DNA of 64,000 nucleotides from Octopus sinensis (Eukaryota), in the NCBI RefSeq assembly GCF_006345805.1, contig NC_043013.1, forward strand, positions 49,848,001-49,912,000, given 5' to 3'. Position 1 is the stretch's first letter; every line of letters starts with the position of its first letter. The notes beneath the pieces are model-generated. The model did not search any database, was not told the DNA's origin, and worked only from the letters and a program-made list of their open reading frames with translations. The translations under genes and the position numbers were made by a program. Of this stretch, positions 49,191 through 61,876 are shown in pieces.

Positions 49191-51935
49191 AGCCCAGTAT
49201 GCTTACTCCTGCCGGAGAAATGGGTATGTGATAGAGTTCTTAAACTCAGGCTAGTCCTACAGAACAGCACAGCTACAATTATCTCCGCCTACGCCCCACA
49301 CACAGGGCTACCAAATGATCAGAAGGTCCACTTTTATGATACCTTTCTGCAGGCTACCTCAAAGACGAGTGGAAATGACCTCATCTTTGTGGCTGGAGAC
49401 TTTAATGGGCATGTTGGATGGGAATCTGGTATCTTTACTGGGGTATACGGTGGCCATGGTATTGGCACCCGAAACGATGAGGGGACTAGGCTACTGGAAT
49501 TCTGTGATGCATGTAACCTTTTAATCTGCAACACTAACTTCAGGAAGCCAGACAGTCACCTTATAACCTATTAATCAGGGGACTCTACTAGCCAGATTGA
49601 TTTCATCCTCACCAGACAGCAGGACACAGGGTTGCTCTTAAATAGAAGAATGTACCCCCCAGCATAGGCTAGTCATTAGTGATTTTAGGCTTGAGGACAG
49701 AAGGATACGAAGAAGCAGACCAATCCAGAAAAGAAGGATTTGGAAGCTAAAGAACCCTTCACATGGTCAGAGATTTTGGGACATCCTCATCAAGAAATTT
49801 GATGAGAGGGAGGAGGAGCTACAGATGTCGGAGATGGAAGGTAGCTGGAAATTCCTATGGGACAGCTTGCTGAGTGCCACAGACCAAGTCTGCAGATGGT
49901 GCAAAGTCCCTTCCAGACCCAGAGTTACGTGGTGGTGGAATAGTACGGTAGACAAAGCTGTTAGGGCAAAGAAACGGGCCTGGAAAGCCTGGACAGATGG
50001 TGGTATCAGGGAATGGTACCAGATAGCCAGAAGGGAAGCTGGGCGGCAGGTATACATAGCCAAGAGCGAAGCGGAAAAGAAGTTTGCAAATGTCCAGAGA
50101 CATGAGGACCAAAGAACTGAGGTATTTCGGATTGTAAGAGTGTGTGAAACAAAAATTGTGATGTCACAGGAGAGAAATGTGTTCGAATGGATGATGAGGC
50201 ACTTGCTTTTAGTGATTCTGAAAAGAAAGGGGCTTGGAGAAGCCATTATGAAAGACTGCTGAATGTGGAGAATGAATGGGAGGAGGAGAGCCTGCCAAAT
50301 GTTGACCTAGTAGAGGGACCAGCTATCGCAATAGACAGCTCCCTAGTAGATAAAGCAATTAAGGGTATGAAGCCAGGAAAAGCCCCTGGCTCATCAGGAA
50401 TCACAGGTGAGATGCTTAAAGCATCTGGTGGTGTGGGCTATGGCCTAGTCACCCACATTGTAAACCAGGTAGTACATAATGGAGTCATACCCAATGACTG
50501 GCTTAGCAGCACCATAGTCAACTGCTACAAGGGTAAAGGTGATGCTCTAGATAGAAATAACTACAGGGGTATTAAACTGTTGGAGCAGGTGATGAAGGTC
50601 ACAGAAAGGGTCATAGTCCATCTCATTAGGGAGAGAGTCTGCTTAGATGAGATGCAGTTTGGTTTTGTTCCGGGTAGAAGTACCACCGATGCTATATTTC
50701 TGGTTTGACAACTGCAGGAGAAATACCTAGCTAAAGATAAACCCCTCTACTTAGCTTTTGTGGACTTGGAGAAAGCCTTTGACAGGGTCCTCCAATCCCT
50801 TATCTGGTGGGCAATGCAGAAACTGGAGATTGACGAATGGTTAAGGGCCGTACAGGCCCTATACAGAGAGGTCGTTAGTAAGGTTAGGATTGGCAATGAG
50901 TATAGTGAAGAATTCCGGGTTCAGCCCTCAGTCCCCTTTTATTCATCATAGTCCTCCAGGCAATAACAGAGGAATTCAAGACTGGTTGCTGATGACTTGG
51001 CCCTCATAGCAGAATCACTACTGGAAGTAGAAAAGAAATTCCAGGTGTAGAAGCAAGGTTTAGAATCAAAAGGCCTTAGAGTCAATGTAAGTAAGTAGGA
51101 AGGCAAACCCACCACACACACCCTCGGGTAGGTGGCCTTGCTCGATCTGTAGAAAAGGTGTAGGTAGAAACTCCATAAGATGCACCCAGTGTAAGCTATG
51201 GATGCATAAGAGGTGCAGCAACATCAAAGGGAAATTAACCGAGAAGATAGCTTTTGTGTGCAGCAGATGTATAGGGGCAATAAACACCTCAGATACTCAG
51301 AAAACAGATTCCATCACACTCCAGTGGGAGAAACTAGAAGTAGTTGATAGTTTCCGCTACCTACATGACCAAGTTAGTAGTGGGGGTGAATGCTCAGACA
51401 GTGTTACCACTAGAATATGAATAGCCTGGGCAAAGTTTAGAAAGCTTCTATCCCTACTGGCGACAAAGGGTCTCTCGCTCAGAGTGAAAGGTAGATTGTA
51501 TGATGCATGTGTGCGAACTACCATGGTTCATGGTAGTGAAACATGGGCCGTGACTGCAGAGGACATGCTTAGGCTTGAAAGAAATGAAGCTAATATGATC
51601 CGCTGGATGAGTAATGTCAGTGTGCACACACGACAGAGTGTAAGCGCCCTGAGAGAAATGCAGGACGTAAGACGCATCAGATGTAGTGTGCAAGGGAGAC
51701 GTTTGTGCTGGTATAGCCATGTACTGCGGATGGATGAGGAGAGATATGTGAAGAAGTGCCACTCCCAAACAGTTGAAGGTATCCAGGGGAGAGTTAGACC
51801 CAGGAAGACATGGGATGAGGTGGTCAAGCATGACCTTCAAACGTTGGGTCTCACAGTTGCAATGACAAAAGACCAAGATCTCTGGAGATATGCTGCGACT
51901 GCAAAGACCCGACAAATAATGTGAGTTCATAGCTG
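49190..51935 (+). mobile_element. RTE-clade LINE body (APE + RT), decayed, lacking the 3' UTR
   Basis: IISAYAP, AGDFNGHVG, GKAPGSSGITGEMLK, QFGFVPGRSTTDAIF, DLEKAFDRV, GRPRKTW-like C-terminus; frameshifts. Confidence 0.92.
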
Positions 51936-52030
51936 TTTCCTGCACCAGTTTTTGCATAGCCCCAGCTGACCTAGCAAGGACACAAGGACACATATGGAGA
52001 CACGGGTCCATGCTTATAGAGATGCACATC

Positions 52031-52440
52031 TCTGGCAGCTGACTTAGCAGACACCCATAAAATTATCAACCATCGCACAAACAATAACACTGAACACCTC
52101 TTCAAACTCCACCCATCTAACACCCATGGACATATTTACAAAGTAAGAAAACAGCACAGCTCCCATGACTTCAGGAAACATTTTTTCACGCTGAGAGTTG
52201 CTGAAGCGTGGAACAAACTGCCGGCATCGGTTGTTAGTTGTCGGAGCACTGCATCCTTCAAGACTTCCATGCTTCCTGAGATTCGCCAACACTACACTTG
52301 ATTTTCTCCCCTCCATACACACACAAGCATGTTCACTTTCCAGACATTTCTACATTACTGCATGTACTTTATATGCACTTTCTGACAAGTTGTGGTGCAC
52401 CTGAGCACTGTATACAATAATTCCATTATTATTATTATTT
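52031..52440 (+). mobile_element. CR1 3' end
   Basis: THKIINH...SHDFRKHFFTLRVAEAWNKLP; (ATT)n tail. Confidence 0.9.
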
Positions 52441-52674
52441 ATGAAGGTCACAGAGAGGGTCATAGTCCATCTCATTAGGGAGAGAGTCTGCTTAGATGAG
52501 ATGCAGTTTGGTTTTTTTCCGGGTAGAAGTACCACTGATGCTATATTTCTGGTTCGACAACTGCAGGAGAAATACCTAGCTAAAGATAAACCCCTCTACT
52601 TGTTTTTTGTGGACTTGGAGAAAGCCTTTGACTGGGTCCTCTAATCCCTTATCTGGTGGGCAATGCGGAAACTG
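52441..52674 (+). mobile_element. RTE RT fragment, about 96% identical to 50592-50825
   Basis: MKVTERVIVHLIRERVCLDEMQFGF...DLEKAFD; about 10 differences by eye. Confidence 0.9.
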
Positions 52675-53699
52675 TCATCTAGACAACAAACTCTCTACAA
52701 TCTCTAAGGAACCTCCATAGCATTTGAGAGAATCATATTCTTGTGTATCATTGGTCTTTATGGCTCCTGTGCATGCCCTACATACTAACACTACTTTCTC
52801 TGTTAGCTTTCCTTTTATTCCACTGCATCAGCACAACAACTGTCCAACCTTATGTCCAGGAACCAAAATACAAAACAGTTATGGATTTGGTAATTTGCAT
52901 AATTTAAACAAAAACGAGCTAAGAAAAATAACTGGCATGTATTTGAATAACGTAGACAAATACCAGAATGTTAAATAACAGTTCTTGATTTATTTAAATT
53001 ATGTTCTGAGGTGAATTATCATCATTATGAAATGGCAATTATATCAGCTTCTCTTGAGGAGGGGAGATAATCTGAAGATTCAAGAATACTCCAAAACTGA
53101 CAGGCAATTAAGGAAAAGAATTCTTGAAGCTTGAGATTACCTCCCCTTCTCAAGTAGCGTTGTGTGAGTCTAGTGAAAAGTAAAATGTGTGTGTGTTAGT
53201 GTCTCCTTGTCTTGATATCATGTGGCAGTTGTAAAATGAGTGTCACTGTTATACAAGCAGTGTCAGTAATTCCTAATCTTCTGCGAGAACCTAGGTTACA
53301 TAGGTTATATGAACAGACAAGCACACATACGCAAATGAAATGGAGACTGAGACACATGACCATATATACACACACACACTTCACTCCACACAAGGACACA
53401 TATGGAGACACGGGTCCACGCTTATAGAGATGCACATCCATACATACAAACATGGTACATAGTTGCAAAACACAAACACACACACAGATATGGGGGGACA
53501 CCATTATCAATCAGTCATAGATACACTTGACTACAAAGCTTCAGTGTAATTGGTTGTCTATTTTTAGCATTTTATCTTCATTTTCTATGTGTGCTGCTCA
53601 TTACTGTTTTAACAGGAATCTGGCAGAGATTATGTTGATCACAAAATATGAACGATATCTGAAATTTATGCTTTACCGCTTTGTATTCTAAACACACTC

Positions 53700-53945
53700 A
53701 TATATTGACATACACACACACAAACACAACCACATATATATACATATATATATATATATATAAAGTTAATCCAAACAAGAAAGCACAAAAAACACAACAA
53801 CACGAGGACGTGGAACAAATATAGTATTATTGGACGCTCAGGAAAGAAGGAGGATTTAACGTTTTGAGCGGAGCTCTTCGTCGGAAACATCAGAGAAGGG
53901 AAGACAGAGGGAAAAAAATCGCCAACGGTACACACACGGTCACAT
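53700..53945 (-). mobile_element. Short (TA)n-flanked element with hammerhead-like motif (putative PLE-derived)
   Basis: Sister copy at 54830-55095; both embedded in TA microsatellites. Confidence 0.6.
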
Positions 53946-54169
53946 TTTGAAATATATATATATATCCTTATAAATGTATATGTTTATATATATATATATA
54001 TGGCTCATAGGAACAGGTCTAGTTATGTGGTAAGAAGCTTGCTTCCCAACCACATGGTTCCCAGTTCAGTCTCATTGCATGGTACCTTGGGCAAGTGTCT
54101 TCTGTATAGTCTCAGGCTGTTGAGAGCTTTGTGAATGGATTAGGTAGACAGAAACTGAAAGAAGTTCAT

Positions 54170-54597
54170 CAAAGTCCAGCGAGCTCCTATCTCTGCTGGC
54201 AACTAAGGGCCTCTCGCTCAGGGTGAAAGGTAGACTGTATGATGCATGTGTGTGAACTACCATGCTACACGCCAGTGAAACATGGTCTGTGAATGCTGAG
54301 GACATGTGTAGGCTTGAAACAAATGAAGCTAGTATGATCCACTGGATGTGTAATGTCAGTGTGCATACACGACAGAGTGTAAGTGGCCCGAGAGAAAAGT
54401 TGGGCATAAGAAGATTCAAATGTGGTGTGCAAGAGAGGTGACTGCACTGGTATGGTCATGTGTTAGGTATGAATGAAGAGAACTGTGTGAGGAAGTACCA
54501 CTGCCTAACTGTAGATAGAACCTGTGGAAGAGGTAGACCCAGGAAGACATGGGACGAGGTGGTGAAGCATGACCTTTGAACATTGGTCTTCACAGGG
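54170..54597 (+). mobile_element. RTE RT C-terminal fragment
   Basis: GLSLRVKGRLYDACV...GRPRKTWDEVVKHDL. Confidence 0.85.
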
Positions 54598-54612
54598 GCA
54601 ATGTACATTACC

Positions 54613-54656
<44 letters not shown>

Positions 54657-54829
54657 AATCTGCCTGTCTCTCGATTACCACTAGCTTTGCCAAGACTTCC
54701 TCTTCCACCACCAACACCCTATATAAACTAGCGCACACAGATTCCCCTACTCAGCTTTTAGTACCTCTGCCAAAAGAATACGTATATATGTATACACACA
54801 CACACACACACATATATATATACACACAC

Positions 54830-55095
54830 GCATATATACATATATATATATATGTATATACACATACATATATATGTATATATACATACATAAAGTTAAT
54901 CCAAACAATAAAGCACAAAAAAACACAACGCGAGGACGTGCAACAAATATAGTATTATTGGATGCTCAGGAAAGAAGGAGGGTTTAACATTTCGAGCGGA
55001 GCTCTTCGTCGGAAACATAGGAGAAAGAAAAATCCAGAGAAGGGAAGACAGAGGAAAAAAATTGCCAACAGTACACACGTGGTCACATTTTGAAT
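54830..55095 (-). mobile_element. Short (TA)n-flanked element, second copy
   Basis: Similar to 53700-53945. Confidence 0.6.
54982..55016 (-). ncRNA. Hammerhead-like motif with U4C core variant
   Basis: Minus strand: GTTT CCGACGA A GAGC-tcc-GCTC GAAA TGTT AAAC; sister copy at 53854-53888. Confidence 0.4.
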
Positions 55096-55176
55096 GACCG
55101 GACATACATATGTATGTATATATATATATATATATGTATACGCACACACTTATATCTGTATACACACACATATATG

Positions 55177-55207
<31 letters not shown>

Positions 55208-56299
55208 TATATATACACATATATTGTATATATATATACATATATATATAATATATATATACATATAAGAAAATGGATATAATAACAAGTGGAAACTCGT
55301 GGTTTTCGCTGGTATGCCTTTAATTTAATTAGATAACAAGGAAGTAAAAAGCAGAGATGAAGGTAGCAATTACGTTCGTTTTAATTTACTGGTTTAAGTA
55401 AATCTCTTCAGAATGCGAAAATAGTTGATACATATGTGATGGTAATATAAACAAAGGTAGTAAGTCTTACATTAACTTTTGTTCTTGCGCTGGTAAATTC
55501 GCTGGGTAGAGGTTTGATTGTGGTAGACTTCGTATACTGGTAGAATGTGTTTATAAAACATCTTTTTCTCTTGGCTCTATTGAGAAAATTCTATAGTTTG
55601 TAAGATATTTATTGTTGTTTTTCTTCAATTTCTGCAATTTCAACCAATCAGTGACATCTATTGAGTTAAAAAGCATTCTGTGCCGTATGAATATGTCCCT
55701 CGTTTAAGAAACAGATTGGGTTTATTTATATTTGAGAACAAAAAAAATACCCTAACCCTAAAAGAGATTGAAATGCAATAGATCGATTCTAGGGTCATAA
55801 TTATGGGTGACAATTTCATGTGACACCGCTAGAAAAAACTGCCGTTCAAACCGAAAATATCCTCATTGGGTAATTAGGGTGGGGTAAATATTATTTAGGT
55901 GTGGGGTTCCTAGTTTGATTAAGCACATTCTTTTCACACGTGTGTATTCAATTTGTTTATATTCTGCCGTGGGTTATCACCAGTGGTGTAGGTGAAGGGG
56001 GTAACGCCAACAGGGTGAAAAGGGAGCTAACTCCGACCAAATTTTTATCGGACTAGATGGGGGTGGTTAAAAAAATGTATTATGGCTGATAATTATCTTA
56101 TTGCTAGAGTTTAGGAAGCTCTTAGTGCCCAGAAGGGGCCCTTCTTCTGAGATTCGTATTCTTCGGCCAAGGTACACACACATGTGTACATACATACATA
56201 CATACATACATATAGTCTTTCTATGTTTGGCGTGTGTGCTACATTACCTTGATGGACTTGCAATTAAAATTACCACATTTTTAATCAAAAATTGTTACT

Positions 56300-56720
56300 T
56301 AAGTGACAGCATTATTTATGTATTTTTCACACATTCTCTCCTATCCCTTTCTTGCTCTCTCTCTCTTCTGTCGAGCGAATCTGTAATTAAGATCGTTCCG
56401 CCGACCTCCCTGAATAGGGAGGAGCGAGCCTGTTTTCTCTCAGTAGTTGCTGTGGCGAAAAAAGTAGTATGGAAGACGAGAGTGAAAGGAATTGCAATGG
56501 GCATGTTCATCTCCAGTCTCGAGCTAATCGACTTTTTCGTTTTCCACATGAAATGGAAAATAAGGCTAGAGAAGAAATGCCTGTCGTAAAAGATGGAAGT
56601 CTATAGCAAGTATGTTGCGAGTGAAAGAACCTGTTTAATCGAGAACGTAAAAAAGGAGAAAGCAAAGTCTTCAGTGTGAGTATGTGGTTTGTGGGGTCAA
56701 CCGCGTCCTCCATTTCATTT
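56300..56720 (+). promoter_or_regulatory. Candidate internal promoter / alternative first exon in Rheb intron 1
   Basis: About 17 CpGs in about 420 bp of unique sequence vs about 3 in 57180-57560; donors gtgagt (56676) and gtatgt (56680). Confidence 0.3.
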
Positions 56721-56749
56721 TGTGTTAATCACTCATTCTCATTTAATTA

Positions 56750-56965
56750 TCATCATCATCATCATTTAGCGTCCGTTTTCCATGCTAGCATGGGTTGGAC
56801 GGTTCAACTGGGGTCTGTGAAGCCGGAAGGCTGCACCAGGCCCCAGTCAGATCTGGCAGTGTTTCTACGGCTGGATGCCCCTTCCTAACGCCGACCACTT
56901 CGTGTGTGTAGTGGGTGCTTTTTATGTGTCACCTGCACAGGTACCAGACAGAGCTGGCAAACGGC
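56750..56965 (-). mobile_element. RTE 3' UTR short insertion
   Basis: Tail family match. Confidence 0.8.
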
Positions 56966-57383
56966 ATATATTTTAATTGTTTGTTTATTCATACGTTTCG
57001 TCTCATTCGATACCCTGACCCCAACATTTGTTTTGTCTGTCCCCATATTGTCCCCTCTTTTTCTCAACCTTATGGTGAATAAAGAAATACTCTCTCTGTC
57101 TCTCTCGGAACAACTTTTGTCTTCCCTTTCTTTTCTGTCTCTACACAGATGTTGTTAACAGACAGACAGCTGGAGATCACCTTTTTTTTTTTTTTTTCAT
57201 ATATATAATATAAAATTGGTCATTATACATCACTGATGCTTATTGAACTGCTAATATTGACAGTATTTGAAGTTGAGTTTTGATTTAGAAATGCGATTTA
57301 ACATTTGCAGTGAACTCTACTACTTTATGTAAATATAATGTTGATTTGTAGAATTACTAAAACCATTTTCTCCTTTGTTTTAG

Positions 57384-57455
57384 GAAAGACTTCATTGGTA
57401 TTACGGTTTGTTACTAGTAAATTCGATGACACCTATGACCCAACAATTGAAAATA
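57384..57455 (+). CDS. Rheb: Rheb-type GTPase coding exon 2 (G-KTSLVLRFVTSKFDDTYDPTIEN-T), 72 nt
   Basis: Acceptor tttgttttag| and donor |gtaagt; phase 1/1 fits exons 1 and 3; contains the GKT end of the P-loop and effector loop YDPTIEN. Confidence 0.92.
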
Positions 57456-57580
57456 GTAAGTGTGAAGATTTTATTTAATAATTCTTTGTTGGTTTTTTAG
57501 AATAGCCAGGAAAAAGTATATCTAGACATTTAGCATTCACATAACTCTATTTAATGCAATGCTTACACTAGGCAGCAAAT

Positions 57581-57782
57581 ACTCTTTTACTTGTTTCAGT
57601 CATTTGACTGCAGCCATGCTGGAGCACTGCCTTTAGTTGAGCAAATCGACCCCAGGACTTATTCTTTGTAAGCCCGGTACTTATTCTATCGGTCTCTTTT
57701 GCCAAACCGCTAAGTGACGGGGACGTAAACACACTAGCATCGATTATCAAGCAATGCTAGGGGGACAAACACAGACACACAA

Positions 57783-57843
<61 letters not shown>

Positions 57844-58006
57844 CGACAGACTTCTTTCAGTTTCCGTCTACCAAATCCACTCACAAGGCATTGGTTGGCC
57901 CGAGGCTATAGCAGAAGACACTTGCCCAAGATGCCACGCAGTGGGACTGAACCTGGAACCATGTGGTTGGTAAGCAAGCTACTTACCACACAGCCACTCC
58001 TGTGCC
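57581..58006 (-). mobile_element. Family B SINE in Rheb intron 2
   Basis: Full-length reverse-complement copy. Confidence 0.85.
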
Positions 58007-59099
58007 TTCAACTTTTTTTTTTTTTTTTTTTTTTTGTTGCAGACACATAAACTACTGATTCCTACCAAATTTCTGACACTAATATCAGATCTGATATCGA
58101 AATTTCTCTATCACATCCAGATTTTGTGTAACCATGAACCTCTATTTTTTCATTTTGTCTCACCTGCTTCTTATAGTTAAACATACTTAAATAATTAGTG
58201 AACAGGGATGTCTTTCCTCCTTTTTCCAGCTTAAGACAGACTGCAGAATTCCGCTGGTGGAGTTACCACCCCTGTGCCCAACCATCCACCCAAAGATTTT
58301 TGTTGTTACCTCTGAAAAGTAGCTTCCACTTCTTAAGTGAAACTTTGATGTTTCCTCTTCCTTTGTTGCCTGTAAGCTCTTCTTCTGCATGAACCAACAA
58401 TAATTTCCAATCATATCTGGTTGAAATTAACTTAGTATCTGTTTTCCCTGAGTTCTATCTCACCATGCTCGTCACTCACAGCCCCAAAGTTGGCTGGAAG
58501 AAGTGAAGATAAGAATGTAAAAAAATGCATTTTCAAAGACATTCTGCACCCCATTTTTTCATAAGATTTAAGCACGTTTTGTGTGAGTTCATGGTGGTTT
58601 TTAGCTGTGTGCCTTCCAAGAAAAATTTTTGACTATTTCAACAAACGATTTCCATGCTCCTAGTTCATTCCCATTTAGATTAGATGGAAATTATGAGTCA
58701 CAGATGACACTGCAGGTCTGTGGTGCAGTGAAAACACAAGCTTCCTCATTGTCCTATCTGGGCTTGGAAAAAAAAAAAAAAGAGCCCAGCTTCCATAAAA
58801 ATAACCATACTGCTGCCGTCATGAACTAATCAACCAATAAATGCAGGTGCTGCTATTTTGATGCTGGCCTCTGCCATGACCATCCTGTGAGTTCAGAAAA
58901 GAATGAAACTTGCCACAACTTCAAAAGACCAAACATTTTTTTGAGTTTGTTGATCAAAATGATTTATAACAAAAGTATCACAATCCATGTTACAAGGCCA
59001 CACACATCATGGTAATGATAGACTTGAAAAAGCTACCAGCGTATATTTAGATGCTGTCCTAACTTGTATTCCTCCTTACTAGGGTATGACTCTTTTTTG

Positions 59100-59420
59100 A
59101 TGACATCATCATCATCATCATCATCATCGTTTAACATCCGCTTTTCATGCCAGCATGGGTTGGACGATTTTGGCTGAGGGCTGGCGAACCAGATGGCTGC
59201 ACCAGACTTCAATCTTGATCTAGCAGAGTTTCTACAGCTGGATGCCCTTCCTAACGCCAACCACTCCAAGAGTGTAGTGGGTGCTTTTTACGTGCCACCG
59301 GCACGGGGGCCAGTCAGGCGGGACTGGCAACGACCTCGCTCAAATCTTTTTACATGTGCCACCGAAGCGACGTTGGTAATGATCACGCTTGAATGGTGCC
59401 CTTTTACATGCCACGGGTAT
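59100..59420 (-). mobile_element. RTE 3' UTR insertion
   Basis: Tail family match. Confidence 0.8.
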
Positions 59421-60790
59421 TTAAACTCAGATGATCATTAAAACTCTTAGTGTAGCTCACCTTGTTGGTAGCCTATCCTTGTATTTTCCCCATCTATACA
59501 ATCATTTGAAACCAATTGTTTTTCTCTATTTGATCAAATATTAATAAAAACAAAGGAAGCTAAGCAGCTTCTTGATGATGGCATTATTGAGTCTTCAGTT
59601 CCTCCTTGGTGAGTACAGGTGATAGTTGTAAGAAATAGCGGCAAACAGTCCTTTGTTGATAAACCACAATTGCTTTCTAGATGTCTTTCCATTTTCTAAT
59701 AGTGAAAATCTCATGCATTTTGTTTCTACAATAAATTCTACAACAAGTTTAGATCTGGAAACCACTTAACATCATATTTCTTCAAAATAATGGTAAAAGA
59801 TGTGTGGAATTTCTAATTGATGGATGCTTACAAGGTTACCCTTTGGTTTATCAATGCTGAAGGTGATGAATTGTATATTTACTGAAAATGACAACCAAGG
59901 ACATCAAGCTGTCCAAAGACTACAATAACATTGATGAGGAACATGATGATAACTTGGCATCGTTTATTTCATTTAGAAAGAAACTCAACACTGAATTTCT
60001 TAAGTTAAGATTCTCTGCAACTGGCAACGGAAAGATTGAAACCTCATGTTGATAACCTAACATTTATAAATGCTGATATCACCTAAGCAACTTAGACTAG
60101 TAAGTTTGCTTAGTTAATACTTGAAGTGGGTTCTCCTTTTCTTAAATTAATTCTACTCCTACTTCACCTTCACTCTTTTTTTATCGGTGCAAAAAAGACG
60201 CCCAGATGCTATTTGTCTTCTTAAAACATAAAAAAGCAAATCCCCCCTCCCTTCTCTGAACTTCTACTCCATATTGAAACTAATGCATCTAGAACTACAA
60301 TTTCAAGTATCCTTTCATTATATCATTTTCTTCCCCAGAACTTTTGCTTTGAACAAAATCTTTCGATCAACTGAGAAAGAAGGCTCATAGCCGTCACAAA
60401 AAGTATTAGGAAATTTTAACTCTAAAGCTATTTTGTCTTATGCACTGATCAGTAAGCAATCTCATTCATATTTAGTCATAAAAGTTGATGGGGGGGAAAT
60501 GAGAATGCTGAGAGTTCTTTTGTTGGCACATAGAATTATTGCTTTACAATTATGACATCTCAAACCTGACAAAGATGACGCTAATTCGATAAACATCAGT
60601 GGTGGAAAGAGGCAAGGCTCGTCTGCATGTACAACTCCTGGTCTTCCTTTAAAAAGTGAACTTGCCCAGCCTTGCACACACATGTGCAGATGCATTGTCA
60701 ACCTTGACCAAGAGAGGCCCCTTAATCATACATTAGTTTAATAAGATATCCTAACCAAAATAGCCTCCACTTATATTTATTTCTTCCTAA

Positions 60791-60985
60791 CCGTTTCGTT
60801 ACCAACCCGGCTGAAACTGGCTCTGGAGTACAAATGTCTAGTTTTCATAGGTTCTGAATTAAAATCTTCCACCAAACCTTAGTCACAATTTATGCTCCTA
60901 ACACCAGCTTAATGATTTCTTTGTTATATTTAAAGTAATTGAAAGAAATACAGAGCATCTCAAAATAAATGCAGTAACGAAAGGG
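60791..60985. mobile_element. piggyBac-type MITE, second family
   Basis: ctaa|ccgtttcgttac...gtaacgaaaggg|ttaa. Confidence 0.75.
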
Positions 60986-61666
60986 TTAAAGCACACTGTT
61001 TGAAATCTGAAGGCTTTGTTTGTTATTGTTATTTGTTTACACCCACCATGCCAGCATGGAAGGCAGATGTTAAACAATGATGATGATGATGATAATGACC
61101 TAATATTGACTTTAAGTGTCTTGTTTTAAAAAAAATAATTGTAAGAAAATTTACTTTGGATCTTATGCAAACTAATTTTAATCTAAATTTTCTGATTATT
61201 TCATCTTTTAAAATATACTTTAAGGTTTAAAAAAATATATATACACTCATTAAGGGACGCATTTTTTTTTTCTTTTTACTGCATGTAAAATTTGTTCAAC
61301 TTGTGGAAATTTGTACACAGCATTATCTACTTTTATTTTAATGTATTTTCTATACTCTAAAAACATAGCAAAATATAATTAATAGGACTGCAAGGTATTA
61401 GAAATGGTACATTATAAGACTAAGCAGCAGAAATGATATAGTCCAAATCTTGCAATTTTCAGTAATATTCCTTAAGCAAAAAGTTTATATCCCACTGGGT
61501 CAACTTTGCCTTTCACCTTCTGGGGTGGATAAAATACATACTAGTCAAACCAATATATCCCTCCCTCAAAATTTTAGTCTTGTGTCTATGTAAAAAAAAA
61601 CAACAAAAAAAAAAAACACATTATTTATTAAATTACCATTGTAATCTTGTTTTCTTGTTCTTTCAG

Positions 61667-61734
61667 CCTACACCAAGAATGTAACTGTTTCTGGTCAAGT
61701 CTACCAACTGGAAGTGATAGATACAGCTGGACAG
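61667..61734 (+). CDS. Rheb: Rheb-type GTPase coding exon 3 (T-YTKNVTVSGQVYQLEVIDTAGQ), 68 nt
   Basis: Acceptor ttcttgttctttcag| and donor |gtgggt; ends in the G3 motif DTAGQ; in frame with exon 2. No following exon found in the window. Confidence 0.92.
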
Positions 61735-61876
61735 GTGGGTATTACTTTTGATATTTTTATTGACACTAGAAACAATAGTAGACAGCCCAATATTGAAAGG
61801 GTGCCGACTTTGTCACTATCCAGAAAAACAAAGGAAACAAGCTCAGTAGGGGTACGGTATTCCCATATATATTTAA

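Noticed and set aside
56101-56589. 162-aa ORF in Rheb intron 1
   Set aside because: Non-ATG start, runs through (TACA)n and (CT)n tracts, and shows no homology.
47215-57383. Mutually exclusive canonical Rheb exon 2 (GKSSLTIQFV)
   Set aside because: Not found by eye in intron 1; a spliced alignment would be needed to exclude it fully.
58040-60720. Pogo/Tigger-like transposase relic
   Set aside because: Faint resemblance only; no clear catalytic motifs or TIRs.
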